Below, in pieces: positions 11,563 to 22,824 of a DNA stretch of 64,000 nt. The DNA lies in NCBI RefSeq assembly GCF_006345805.1, contig NC_043020.1:3534001-3598000 (forward strand). The letters are read 5' to 3'. The DNA is from Octopus sinensis. Lineage: Eukaryota. Position 1 is the first letter of the stretch. Every line of letters begins with the position of its first letter. A model generated the notes under the pieces. The model did not search any database and had not been told where the DNA came from. It saw only the letters and a program-made list of their open reading frames with translations. The position numbers were made by a program, and so were the translations under genes.

Positions 11563-13432
11563 CATCGTTTAACGTCCACTCTCCATGCTAGCATGGGTTG
11601 GACAAATGACTGAGGACTGACAAACCAGATGAGTGCACCAGGCTCCAGTCTGATCTGGCAGAGTTTCTACAGCTGGATGCCCTTCCTAACGCCAACCACT
11701 CCGAGTGTGTAGTGGGTGCTTTTACATGCCACCGGCACAGGGGCCAGTCAGGCGATGCTGGTAACGATTCTGCTCGAATGGTGTCTTTTATGTGCCATCG
11801 GTATGGAGGCCAGATAGCTGCTCTGGCAATGATGACGCTCGGATGGTGCTCTTAATACCCTACTAGCACGGGGCTCGAGTGCCATGGTTATAAACCATAA
11901 AAAGTTAGGAGATATTGAGAGCTGACTATATTTATTCAACCATTTGTCATTCTTAGGGTTTTACCCATTTTGTAGCCTTCTTTGTGTTGTGATAATTTCG
12001 GTGTGGAAGACACTATGCTTCCATATTTGCATCGATTTGTATCCTCTGCATTATGCAATACTATTGTATATTCACAAATCAATAAAAAAATAATAAAAAG
12101 CTGCTGCCATCAGATTGCCAGGACAGATCAAAGTTGAAGTGTTGGTGTAACCATGATGTTCTGCTGATCTGGTGGCAGCAGCTTTCTGTATCTGCACTGA
12201 ATTTATTTGCATTAATTTCCCCGTTGAATTAATTTACACCAAACTTATTAAGATATGAACAAACCAAAGAGACACAACTCTTAATTTTCTTTTTTTTTCT
12301 CTTTTCATTTTTTCCTTTTACATTCCTCTCATCCTTTCTTCATGTTTTCTTAAAGACTGCTGAACTTCCTCATCCTTTCTTGTTTTTTTTTCAAAAGAGA
12401 CCATCTATGTTCCCTTCTCATGCTTCCTGACTTTTTATAATTCCATTGATCAGATCTTCTGGATTTCTGCTGCATGGACACTCTACATGGCTCCTCTCTG
12501 GATTGGATTTCCGTGTGGACTGTTAGCCGAGACATTCAGAGGAGTTTTTGTGATAGTGACACAATTCTCTGAATCCAAAATGTTTGGCAGAAGAAACTGA
12601 TAGAATAACTACCAGACGTAGAAAGAAAAAAACCAAAAAAAAAACCCCAAGGCACATAAATACTGGATTCAGTTTGTTTGCCTTGGAACCGTTGAAAGTG
12701 GTCGCCCAGAATTGCTGCAGTCCAGTGATGGAAACAGATGAAAGATAACAGATAATCATTGATTCAGAAATATAATTACTATACGTAAAATAACAAGGGA
12801 AACTGTGTGTGGTCACTTGATCTGCTCAAAATAGGGACCAAATCTCACACAAATTACATTTTCTCTTTTTAAAAAAACGAAGGATAGATTGGATAATGTT
12901 GACCTGAATACATTGTATTTGTAGAATGATAGAATGGTTAATACCTTTGATTAGGGGTCTGCTTGACCATGACTGCTGATCTGGTCCCAGATAACAACCA
13001 ATGATAAATGGGGTAACTTCATTGTACTCATTTCCTCAGTCTGCTAGAAATGGAAGCTAAATCGAGGCTTAGATCACAGCATATTGTTTTTAAAGATAAA
13101 AGGAAGGCTACAAATATTGGATAACATAGTTCTAGACACACTCCAGAAAAGACAAGGTGGGCATGGTTGGAGCAGTTTTTATCATAAAATCAGCTGAGTC
13201 TTGGCTGGCAACAATATACAGATTTAATTAAGCTAGATGTTTTCTATTTTCTTTACCATTTTTCATGGTTTTGCTAAGAAATTGAATTCTGATTTCACAA
13301 AAAGACATTAAATTTCACTGCAAACAACAAGGAAAAAATCAAAATGCAACAAAAAACAAATAAGGAAAAAATAACAATATTCTTCAGCATTTATGTTGAT
13401 TTGAAGCCGTCTTTTTTTTTGTCTCATTTCAG

Positions 13433-13530
13433 TGTTTTATGGTGACTATTTTAAATATCATTTATCATGGTTAAAGGCTATTCAAGACAAACCTAATGTG
13501 TTAATCGTCTCTTATGAAGAAGCTTCTCAG
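13433..13530 (+). CDS. Cytosolic sulfotransferase, coding exon 3
   Basis: Acceptor TTTCAG|TG gives VFYGDYFKYHLSW...NVLIVSYEEASQ (SULT YG.W / YE motifs). Donor CAG|GTAAGA at 13531, phase 0. Confidence 0.92.
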
Positions 13531-13924
13531 GTAAGAAGAAATGTAAAGTCTCACAATTTAAATTTCAAATACATACATAGATATATGTTGTTCAAATTTA
13601 CAGAAAGCAAAAGACGAAGACAGGTGTAGGAAGAACCAGCAGGTTTGATGCTTGGGAAGAATGGAAAGGTCGTTGATATTTTGAGCCTATGCTCTTCAAC
13701 GGAAAGGATTAAGAAGGGGAAAAAATAGAGAAAGAATGGAAAAAAAAAAAAAGACAGAGAGAGAAAAAAAATGTGTAGAGATTAATGGTTCAACATAGTG
13801 AAATGGCCAGAAGCAAGAGGCTGAATGAAAGGGAGATGATGATGATGATGATGATGGTGGCAGTGGTGGTGGTGGTGGTGGTGGTGGTGGTGGTGATGGT
13901 GGTGAAGTAAGGTAATGCAAGCAT

Positions 13925-14075
13925 GTGAATGTATGTATGTGGAAGGAATTTGTGGAAGGGGAAGACCCAGGAAAACATGGAACCAAGTATTGAAGGCCAA
14001 TCTCAAAACGCTGAGCCTTATGAAGGGGGATGAGAGAGGACTGAGATATATGTGGCATTTTGCTGTATTTTTGAT
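13925..14075 (+). mobile_element. RTE LINE extreme 3' coding fragment
   Basis: VEGICGRGRPRKTWNQVLKANL...W.FAV matches the RTE RGRPRKTW motif. Confidence 0.6.
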
Positions 14076-14520
14076 AGCAAAGGACATAATCTACATAAAC
14101 TGGGTAACCTCTGGTCAGATGGTCAACAAAGAGTACTCTCTGGGAGTTTTGAGGAAGTTCAGAAAGAAATTTCATCATAAAATACCAGAACACTTATACC
14201 AGTCCACAATTCCATTCTGGTAACCAACTCCTTGATAGAGATGGGCAGCAAAACTGTCCCTCCCCCTCCCCCCACAATCCAGACCTTGCTCCCTGTGAAT
14301 TTTGGTTGCTCTCCAAGCTGAAGGAGTCTGTTGTAAGGGTCCTGGACATGTTTGGTTTGGAGGATTTCTATGGGGCCTTCACAAAATGGCTGGAGCACTA
14401 CAACAAGTGCACTGATGTCAGAGGATAATCCCTTGAAGAAGATTAAAGTCTTGTACTTCTTTGAAGTTAATAAATGCCTCCACTGAAAATGTCTAAAAAC
14501 TTCTGGAATGTACCTTGTGT
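14075..14520 (+). mobile_element. mariner remnant (same family), SULT intron 3
   Basis: DIIYINWVTSGQMVNKEYSLGVLRKFRKK; CCAGACCTTGCTCCCTGTGAATTT (PDLAPCEF); 3' TIR AAAACTTCTGGAATGTACC. Confidence 0.75.
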
Positions 14521-14747
14521 AAATTACTTTAAGCAAAAACTATTGCCATTTACTTTCCTAGGAGGCAGGTTCAGGCCATTTTATTCTCAATGCTGTTAAC
14601 ACTCTGATAGAAAATGAAAAGCAAGCAAGTACCACATGTTCTCACATGAATTCAGAAAGACATGTATTTGCTGTAAAAACTGAACTCGTGACTGTAAACT
14701 TTAACCCCTGCAAGACTGATAGTGGGAAGGAACACAAGCAGGTATAT

Positions 14748-15132
14748 GGAAGCACTCCGTAGGTTACGACGATGAGGGTTCCGGTTGATCCGAATCAACG
14801 GAACAGCCTGCTCGTGAAATTAACGTGTAAGTGGCTGAGCACTCCACAGACACGTGTACCCTTAACGTAGTTCTCGGGGATATTCAGCGTGACACAGAGA
14901 GTGACAAGGCCGGCCCTTTGAAATACAGGTACAACAGAAACAGGAAGTAAGAGTGAGAGAAAGTTGTGGTGAAAGAGTACAGCAGGGATCACCACCATCC
15001 CCTGCCGGAGCCTCGCGGAGCTTTAGGTGTTTTCGCTCAATAAACACTCACAACGCCCGGTCTGGGAATCGAAACCACGATCCTATGACCGCGAGTCCGC
15101 TGCCCTAACCACTGGGCCATTGCGCCTCCACT
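14748..15132 (-). mobile_element. tRNA-derived SINE family D, young copy with 14-bp TSD
   Basis: Minus head TGGAGGCGCAATGGCCCAGTGGTTAGG...GGTTTCGATTCCC. TSD ACAAGCAGGTATAT at 14734-14747 and 15133-15146. Relatives at 38408-38728 +, 40052-40126 -, 2955-3150 -. Confidence 0.9.
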
Positions 15133-15383
15133 ACAAGCAGGTATATATAAGAAGAGCAACTGTCAATCTTATTATGGCCTGACGTCAAATCCTACTGATA
15201 GTGACTGTAAGGTCATATGTCTTAAGTACAAGTTCACTAAACATCTCAAAAATGCCTACAATAAAATCTGTGACAAAATAGATAGCAGTAATTCATTTGG
15301 GGACTGTTTTATCAAGCAGAGGAGACTGGACGTAAGGGAGGTAACGAGGTTGATTTAAGTTCATATTTTCATTTTTATTTTAG

Positions 15384-15564
15384 GACCTTGAAAATGTTGT
15401 GTCTAAAATCGCTAAATTCCTTCAAGTTGAATTGGAACCAGACCTGTGCAAAGACATTGCTGACTTGTGCACATTTAAGAAGATGAAAGCTGAGAAGAAA
15501 TCGGAAAATATCGGACCACTTCCTACAGTTTTATGGAAGCCAAATGTTTCATTTTACCGTACTG
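15384..15564 (+). CDS. Cytosolic sulfotransferase, coding exon 4 (181 bp)
   Basis: Acceptor TTTTAG|GAC gives DLENVVSKIAKFL...CTFKKMK...FYRTG. Donor G|GTATGT at 15565, phase 1. Confidence 0.92.
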
Positions 15565-15886
15565 GTATGTTGACGGTTTTTTTTTCCTTTTTTGGTTTTG
15601 TTCATGTTATTAGTTATATCCTGGGTTCAAATTCAATTCAGCATGCATTAGAATCATTTAATTTCTTTTCCTTTTATATAATCCCACCAATATTATCACT
15701 GGTTCCTAGTATAAATAAACTGCTTTTTTTTAAATACAACCCTACCATCATAATTTCATGTAAGATTCTTTTGTTTAAAGCTACATCTAAACCAGTAGCT
15801 TAATGTAGTGTCTTCTACTATTGCCTTGGGCCAACAAAAGCCTTCTGACTGGATTTAGTAGATGAAACTTAAAGAAGCCTGCCATA

Positions 15887-15980
<94 letters not shown>

Positions 15981-16279
15981 ATATGTACATGTATATATCT
16001 GTGTGTGTCTTTGTATCTGTGTTAGTCCCCCACCAATACTTGACAACTAGTATTGGTGTGTTTACATCCTTATAACTTAGCAGTTTGTCAAAAGAAACTA
16101 ATAGAGTAAGTACTAGACTTGAAAAAAAAAAATCCTGGGGTCGATTTATCTGACTAAAGCCCCTTAAGGTGGTGCCCCAGCATGGCCATAGTTTAATGAC
16201 TGAAACAAGTAAAAGATAAAAGACCCATCCATCCATGTCCTCCACCCACTATTCCTGTGATGGTCATGGCAGTAGAGTC

Positions 16280-16900
16280 ATCAGGTGCCTCCTGCACAGG
16301 ACCGTATCAGAAGCAACTGTCATTACATTTTCTGGCTGAATTCTCAAGCATGACTAACCGAGACTATGAATATAACCCAAACCTCTTATTCTTGGTCCAA
16401 CCCTGCGTCTCCTGCCGGTTGGCTTGGCTTGAAGAATCCAGTTTTCCAGTCTTTTCCTTCAACATTTTAACAGCATGTCTTTAGTATCAATTCACAGAAG
16501 TAGTAACTTGATCTGAAGAGACACCCTGATTTCCCTGATCTCACCCTGTCGCATAACGGTATTCCAGAAATCCTTTGGAGAAACCTCATTTGGGCCACTT
16601 ATATTTGTCATTGTACTTTTTGTTTATTACACAACATTTCTGACCAAAGGTGATGATAGGAACGAAAACTGAATTGAAAGACAGCAAGTTTGGCTTTTTT
16701 ACCAATCTCTCCTCATCTGAGAATCAAATATTGAAGCTGGTGCATTTCTAATTTTGAAACAAATGTTTGTATCTGCGGCTGACCTCTTTGACTCTGCATA
16801 AATTTCTTTGCTGACTCTAACCACTATATCAAGTCTGTTATATTCACATTTGACAAACATTTTCTGTGAATATTCATTCCATCACCATTACATGAATTGA
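16280..16900 (-). mobile_element. RTE-clade LINE 3' remnant, SULT intron 4
   Basis: Minus-strand AQMRFLQRISGIPLCDRVRS and KPTGRRRRVGPRIR resemble RTE EMRFLR..DRVRS / GRPR motifs. Confidence 0.55.
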
Positions 16901-17278
16901 TTGTGTGTGTGTGTGCATGCATTAATTACTTGTAGGGAACCGTTTTTCATGATGCACCCATGATACACTGCAAAGTATATTAAATGCTTTATAAGTCAAT
17001 GCTGTGTCCTTCTGTGTTAGCAGTGCTATTAAATCACTTTTTAAGGTAATCACTACAGATTTTCTGTAGAAATTATTGACAGCATTGATTTATTATGACA
17101 TTTATATTAGACGTATTCAGATACAAAACATTGTAACAAATCAGTGTTTGCTATAATCTCTATAGAAAATCTGGAGAGGTAACCGTAAAAAGCCTCTATG
17201 GACATACTTTCTCTTTCGTTTGTTTCCTTCATTATTTCACTGAGCGTCTAATAGAAACTGTTTCTTTATTCCACGCAG

Positions 17279-17391
17279 GTAAAGTTGCCACTTGGAAGAA
17301 TTGGCTTACAGTGTCACAGAGTGAAAGATTAGATGAACGCCTCGATAAAGAACTGGAAGATTATGCCAACCTGATCCAATTCAATATCTAA
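17279..17391 (+). CDS. Cytosolic sulfotransferase, coding exon 5 (terminal)
   Basis: Acceptor ACGCAG|GT gives GKVATWKNWLTVSQSERLDERLDKELEDYANLIQFNI*, TAA at 17389-17391. The five exons total 244+318+98+181+113 = 954 nt = 317 aa plus stop, in frame throughout. Confidence 0.9.
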
Positions 17392-17426
17392 CCAGAATCC
17401 ACATGATTAAGCATCTATATTTAAAA

Positions 17427-17478
<52 letters not shown>

Positions 17479-17710
17479 TGTGATTTAAGTTCTTTTGTAG
17501 AATTCAAGGGTTGTCACAAATAATGTATCAAGACATTTGCTTGGATTAAATCTGTTCCCTGGACTTGTGAGTATGTTAGTGTATGCATATGACTAGTTTT
17601 TTCTTTGTACTGATATACTTGTACTCTGGTTCACGATAGTGTGTGTGATTGCTTTTAATGTATGCATATAAGTATGTATGTATGAACACATGTATATACA
17701 TATGTAAATA

Positions 17711-19072
17711 CTAGCTGGTTTACTTGGTAATTCCCGGGGGTAAAGATGTTCTATTGAAACGCCATGTTACTCTGATATAAGAAAGCAATATTGTTATAAC
17801 TGTCACAAAAGATGTATTTTCCGTCAAAAAACTGTCAGCTGGAAGAGGGAGAGATTGTTGGAGGTTGGAGAGAGTGGTTTTTGGAGGTTAGCAAGAAAGA
17901 TTGTCAGAAGTTGGTGAGAGAGGTTGTACAAATATATGAATGAAGTGTTTGAAAAAAGTGCAATAATAATGTTCATACTCACTGATGGTCACTCTCAGTA
18001 ACTGCCTTTAGCTTATGGAGTTCTTGTTTTTATAACTATCGAAAAGTAGCCAGAAGGATAGACATATCGTTGAGAACAAATGATTTTGTTGGAGGTTTGT
18101 TATCTCCATTCCAGCCAGTGGTGGCTAGAAAAGGTTAGAAGGGCCAAGTGGCAAAGACATTATTCTGCTTAGCGAAGGCATCTGGGAAATGTATAACTGC
18201 CGTCATTCACAAAAAAAATATTGTTTTACTGAGAGAAAAGTGCTGTTGAAGTGTTAAGTGAAATTTGGCAATCTAGGATCGAATCCATGCTATACCTGCG
18301 TGAAGCCACTATAAATACGTTGTGGAATAACAAATTTATCTGTTGTCATGGAAAAAGTGTAACTTTAAAAATGCAGAATTATTGGAGTAATTGGCATTCA
18401 AAAAAGTATGTATGTATAGAAATGTATGAATGAAGTCTTCAAGGTTTAAGATTCAAATTAAGGAAGTGCAATAATAATGTTTAGCAGTTCAAAACTGTGA
18501 GTAGTGAAATGCAGAATTAGGTCTGTTGATCGTGAGAATCAAATATTGATTGCTTTGCTAAAAACTGCTGGTGGTATGGGTTGTTTAAATAAAATATTAG
18601 TAATATGTAGTAGATAGAAGGATTCATTGGAGGAGTCCTGTTATCGATTTTTTCAACAATCTAAGTATGTCACAAGGTTTCCAGACATGAGTTCTACTCA
18701 CGTGTCAAATAAAGTGATATTGTCTGCAAAAATTAGAAATTGGACACTAAAAAAAATCAATATTTAAAGTAATCGAACATAAACAATGAAATGGATTATT
18801 TCCCTTGAGTGTTTAAAAAATATATTGTGTTGGCGGTATGAGTTATTTCCTTTGGGTGTTTAAAAAAATAGTTATATGAGGTAGATATAAAGATCCCTTC
18901 CAGGGGCCATATTATCGATTTTTTCAACAATCTAAGTATGTCATGAGGTTTCCTGACATGAGTTCTACTTACCTGTCAAGTTACATCAAAATCAATAAAA
19001 CGATCTTGGAGGAATTAGCTAACAACGCCACAAAAAAAAAACACATACCGATCTTCCACATATGTAGTAAAT
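17711..19072 (-). mobile_element. Old non-autonomous Helitron downstream of the SULT stop codon
   Basis: A|CTAG at 17710-17714 with decayed hairpin TTGGTAATTCCCGGG. Internal TTATCGATTTTTTC and TGTCAAGTTACATCAAAATC motifs resemble the 54430 element. 5' end approximate. Confidence 0.5.
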
Positions 19073-19539
19073 ATTCACACATATGTATAAAATTGAAGTG
19101 AATCCTTCTTTTGTTTCAGTCAATTTAACTTTTCAGGCTTCTGGTTACTTGCATTGGTTGATGTATGCCTGCATGTGTGCATATTGTTTGTGTATGGATA
19201 ACCTTGCACTCATCAGCATGCATGTCATGATAGAACACAAGTATAGGTTTCATAACTTTATGCGTGTGTGTTGATATGTATATTCCATATTTATGTATTT
19301 ATATATTTACAATACATCTGTATGTGTGTGTGTGTGTGTGTGTGTGTGATTTTGTGCATATGTTCACCCAGAAATGTTTAACAACTTTTCCCTGTTCCTC
19401 TGATTTACCGTTTCTGGAGAATGCAAGCTGGTCTCTCTGTACACTTATGATTATAAGAACAAATAAAAATCTATTTCCTGGATGTAAGAGTTGTATGTTT
19501 CTCATTAATTCTCAATAGTTGTTGTCATTTTCAAGTTTC

Positions 19540-20150
19540 AAAGTGAAATTCATATCTGCGGGGAAACTGATCCCTCCAACGGCACACAACTTTTGCCCTC
19601 TGCCCCACACAACTGTATCTTGCTCATTGCATTTTCAATAGGTTGTTCCTCCTGTTTTTTTTTTATTTTTAAAGGTGAGTATAGTTTACAGATTGGTGTA
19701 TGGTAGCCAAGGCAATCCTTTCTGCTTATAACATTGTATCGCACTGTGGTCCGTCTTAGCAATCATATCATGCCTCATAGGAAGGTTGTATCTTGCAAAC
19801 ATGGTTGGAGAACTGCTGATACAATGGGTGATATCTTCTACACTGTAACAGCACAACTGACACTTTCTATGACAGCGTTGAGGTTTAGAGGTATAGCAAA
19901 GATATTGCCTTCTAGATGAGATGTGATGTGTTTGTCACAGGTCCAGGTGAGCCAGAGATAGCTACAAGCCTTTGAGTTTCTGGTTTATGAGATATGTACT
20001 GATGCATGATTTTCTGCTGGTATGATGAGAATTTCTCTGCCAAGTCTCTGTTTAAAAAGGTCAATCCAGTCTGTCTGCCATCAGTCATCACATTCTGTGT
20101 ATTTGCACCATATTCTGTGTGAATGTATTCCTGCAGAAATGCATTCAAGC
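19540..20150 (-). mobile_element. Degenerate REL-LINE remnant (related to the 30290 fragment)
   Basis: Minus-strand KCQLCCYSVEDITHCISSSPTMFARYNLPMRHDMIAKT resembles the CCHC-RHD region. Confidence 0.5.
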
Positions 20151-20230
20151 AACCTGTATATTATTTACACATCATACTAAAGAATCCTATGGATCTATAG
20201 TTTTTGGCTACAGGTATTACCTGGTTTTGA

Positions 20231-20461
20231 AGGCGGCGAGCTGGCAGAAACGTTAGCACGCCGGGCAAAATGCGTAGCCGTATTTTGTCTGCCCCTACGT
20301 TCTGAGTTCAAATTCCGCCGAGGTCGACTTTGCCTTTCATCATTTCGGGGTTGATAAATTAAGTACCAGTTACGCACTGGGGTCGATGTAATCGACTTAA
20401 TCCGTTTGTCTGTCCTTGTTTGTCCTCTCTGTGTTTAGCCCCTTGTGGGTAATAAAGAAAT
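20231..20461 (+). mobile_element. tRNA-derived SINE family C, full length
   Basis: GGCGGCGAGCTGGCAGAAACGTTAG head, B box GAGTTCAAATTCC, tail CCCCTTGTGGGTAATAAAG. Minus copies at 28115-28332, 44085-44232, 44938-45164, 46622-46845, 51352-51567, 58612-58825, 59755-59972; head only at 57383-57425 +. Confidence 0.88.
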
Positions 20462-20546
20462 ATGTTCTGTACAGAACTGTGTTACTACCATTTTTTAACC
20501 CTAGGAGATTATATGTATTTATATAAATTTATATGTACATGTATGT

Positions 20547-20650
<104 letters not shown>

Positions 20651-21379
20651 AACAATAATTGAGAGGTTTAGCAACAAGTTGCTTAACCACATACCGAAAA
20701 ATTTAGAAACAGCAGCCAAAAGACCGTTATTTCTTTTCGCTACAAAATATGACTCCATATGTTATATGGTATTGCCATTGATATGCTACAAAATAATATT
20801 CAACATATTTGGTAATAAAACCGATCTAGAACATGGAGCTTCATGAGTGTGAAGAAAAATACATACGTAAAAGAAAAGAAGAGCTTAGAGAGAAAAAGGA
20901 AAGGCTGAATATGTATAAATCATAACATTTTGCTTATGGTCTCTTTGGGATGTTGAGTATATATATATATATATATATACATACGTATTTAGATAGGGGT
21001 TGGTCTGTCTATAGCACTTATTCAGCATTACCTGGACACCTTATATATATATATATATATATAGATATATATGTGTTGTGTGTGTATATATATAGATATA
21101 TATTATATATATATATATAGTTTACGAAAAAAAAACAAAGACGAAGACAGGTGTGTACAAAAAAACAGATGTATTAGTATAACGCTCAGAATAGAAAAAG
21201 TCTTTTACGTTTCGAGCCTATGCTCTTCTACAGAAAGGGACACAGAAAAAAACAAGGAGAGAAAAACGTGTGTAGTGGCTAACGATCTATATATAGATAT
21301 ATCATATGTAATATAAATATATGGTATGATATATATATATATATATACGTATATATGTATGTATGTATTATATATATGT

Positions 21380-21427
<48 letters not shown>

Positions 21428-21734
21428 ATATCGTATGTGCCCATCTGCCCACATGCATGTGTCATTGTCATTATGTTTGTGTTTATATCTACCACCACTT
21501 GATAACTGGTGTTGGTTTGTTTGTGTCCCTGCAATTTAGCAGTTCAGCAATAAGTATAGAATGGATAAAAAACCAGGTTTTAAAAAGTGTACTGGGGCCG
21601 ATTTGCTTGACTATCCCCTTCTAGGTGGTGCTGTAGTCCAATGGCCGTAGTCCAATGACTGAAAGAAGTAAAAAAAAAGAGAATAAAAATGCTGGGAACT
21701 TTTTTTCCCATTTACCGATACAGGAAGTGATGAT

Positions 21735-21834
21735 NNNNNNNNNNNNNNNNNNNNNNNNNNNNNNNNNNNNNNNNNNNNNNNNNNNNNNNNNNNNNNNNNN
21801 NNNNNNNNNNNNNNNNNNNNNNNNNNNNNNNNNN
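21735..21834. other. Assembly gap (100 N)
   Basis: Run of exactly 100 N, a typical placeholder for a gap of unknown size. Confidence 1.
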
Positions 21835-21932
21835 TGTGAGATTTGTATGTATGTATGTATGTATGTATGTATGTATGTATGTGCTTGAAGATTTGTATGT
21901 TTTGTGTATGTATTTCAGGACCTTCCTTGTCT

Positions 21933-22157
21933 CTATCGCCGACAGTGTTCACATCCACAGCGCATAATATATCTGTATGTGGCGTATACCACCTCACCGT
22001 TCTGGCACTGAAGACGGACAGCTTTCATGATGGAAAGTTTGTCGCGACAACAAGAGCATATGTAATGGAAAGGTTCTAATAATATTGGTGAGAAAGTTAT
22101 CAGCGGTTGCGTTCTTGATTTCGTACAGTGGCCTTTGCAGCGAGTCAACAACATCTT
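21933..22157 (-). CDS. NDP: Norrin (Norrie disease protein) orthologue, terminal coding exon
   Basis: Acceptor TTTTCTTTTGCAG|AAG. Encodes KMLLTRCKGHCTKSRTQPLITFSPILLEPFHYICSCCRDKLSIMKAVRLQCQNGEVVYATYRYIMRCGCEHCRR*. Aligns to human Norrin 59-133 as recalled (MVLLARCEGHC...CHCCR...KALRLRC...ATYRYILSCHCEEC) with 9/9 Cys and one 1-aa gap. Confidence 0.95.
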   Translation of the reverse strand, partial: KMLLTRCKGHCTKSRTQPLITFSPILLEPFHYICSCCRDKLSIMKAVRLQCQNGEVVYATYRYIMRCGCEHCRR

Positions 22158-22824
22158 CTGCAAAAGAAAAACGAAAATTATCGGACAAGAATGTTTAATA
22201 GAGTTGGAGTTGCAAGTATTTAATAACAATTTAAGTCAACCCCACATTACTTGACGTTTCATTGGTGCAGAACGCGGCCAAATCCGCAGAAGTGCGGGGT
22301 TGAACCAAAGAGAATTAAAAGAAAATTGAACAATGATTTCTTGGTGAAGATATTTAGGCATCCACTGGTCAGTTTAGGCTACACTCATACTTCGGCTAAA
22401 AAGCGACAGCAGTTCATTCAATTACCTGCTATGGTAACTCTCGTCACTGCACTGTCAAATGCTATAGACAACGATTACCTGAAATGCTTAGCCAAAGTAC
22501 CTACCTGAACGAAACCGAAGGATGAAAGTCCATTTTAAAAATCCTTTTAAATTCCCCCAACTTCAAATATCTGAGAAAGTGAATGCGTTCTGCTCCTACG
22601 AGACTTTAAGTAATACTGATTGAGTTAACCTGTATATAATATAATATATATTATATATATATATATATATAATAATATATATATATATATACACTAGAAG
22701 AAATCCCTGCATTGCCTGGGTGAAAGAAAATAAAGAAATTTTAAAATGCCATCTAAATTACGCAGGTCTCAACTGCCAGTAGCTGAGATACCAACTGTCT
22801 ACATGAATAACTGTCCAACCGATG

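Noticed and set aside
15060-15132. tRNA-like sequence with A and B boxes (also SINE A and C heads)
   Set aside because: These are SINE heads continuing into repeat bodies, one with a TSD; they are not tRNA genes.
21843-22079. Plus-strand ORF and TTTCAG acceptor-like site antisense to the Norrin last exon
   Set aside because: It starts in a microsatellite and is best explained as the shadow frame of the real exon; no evidence for an antisense gene.
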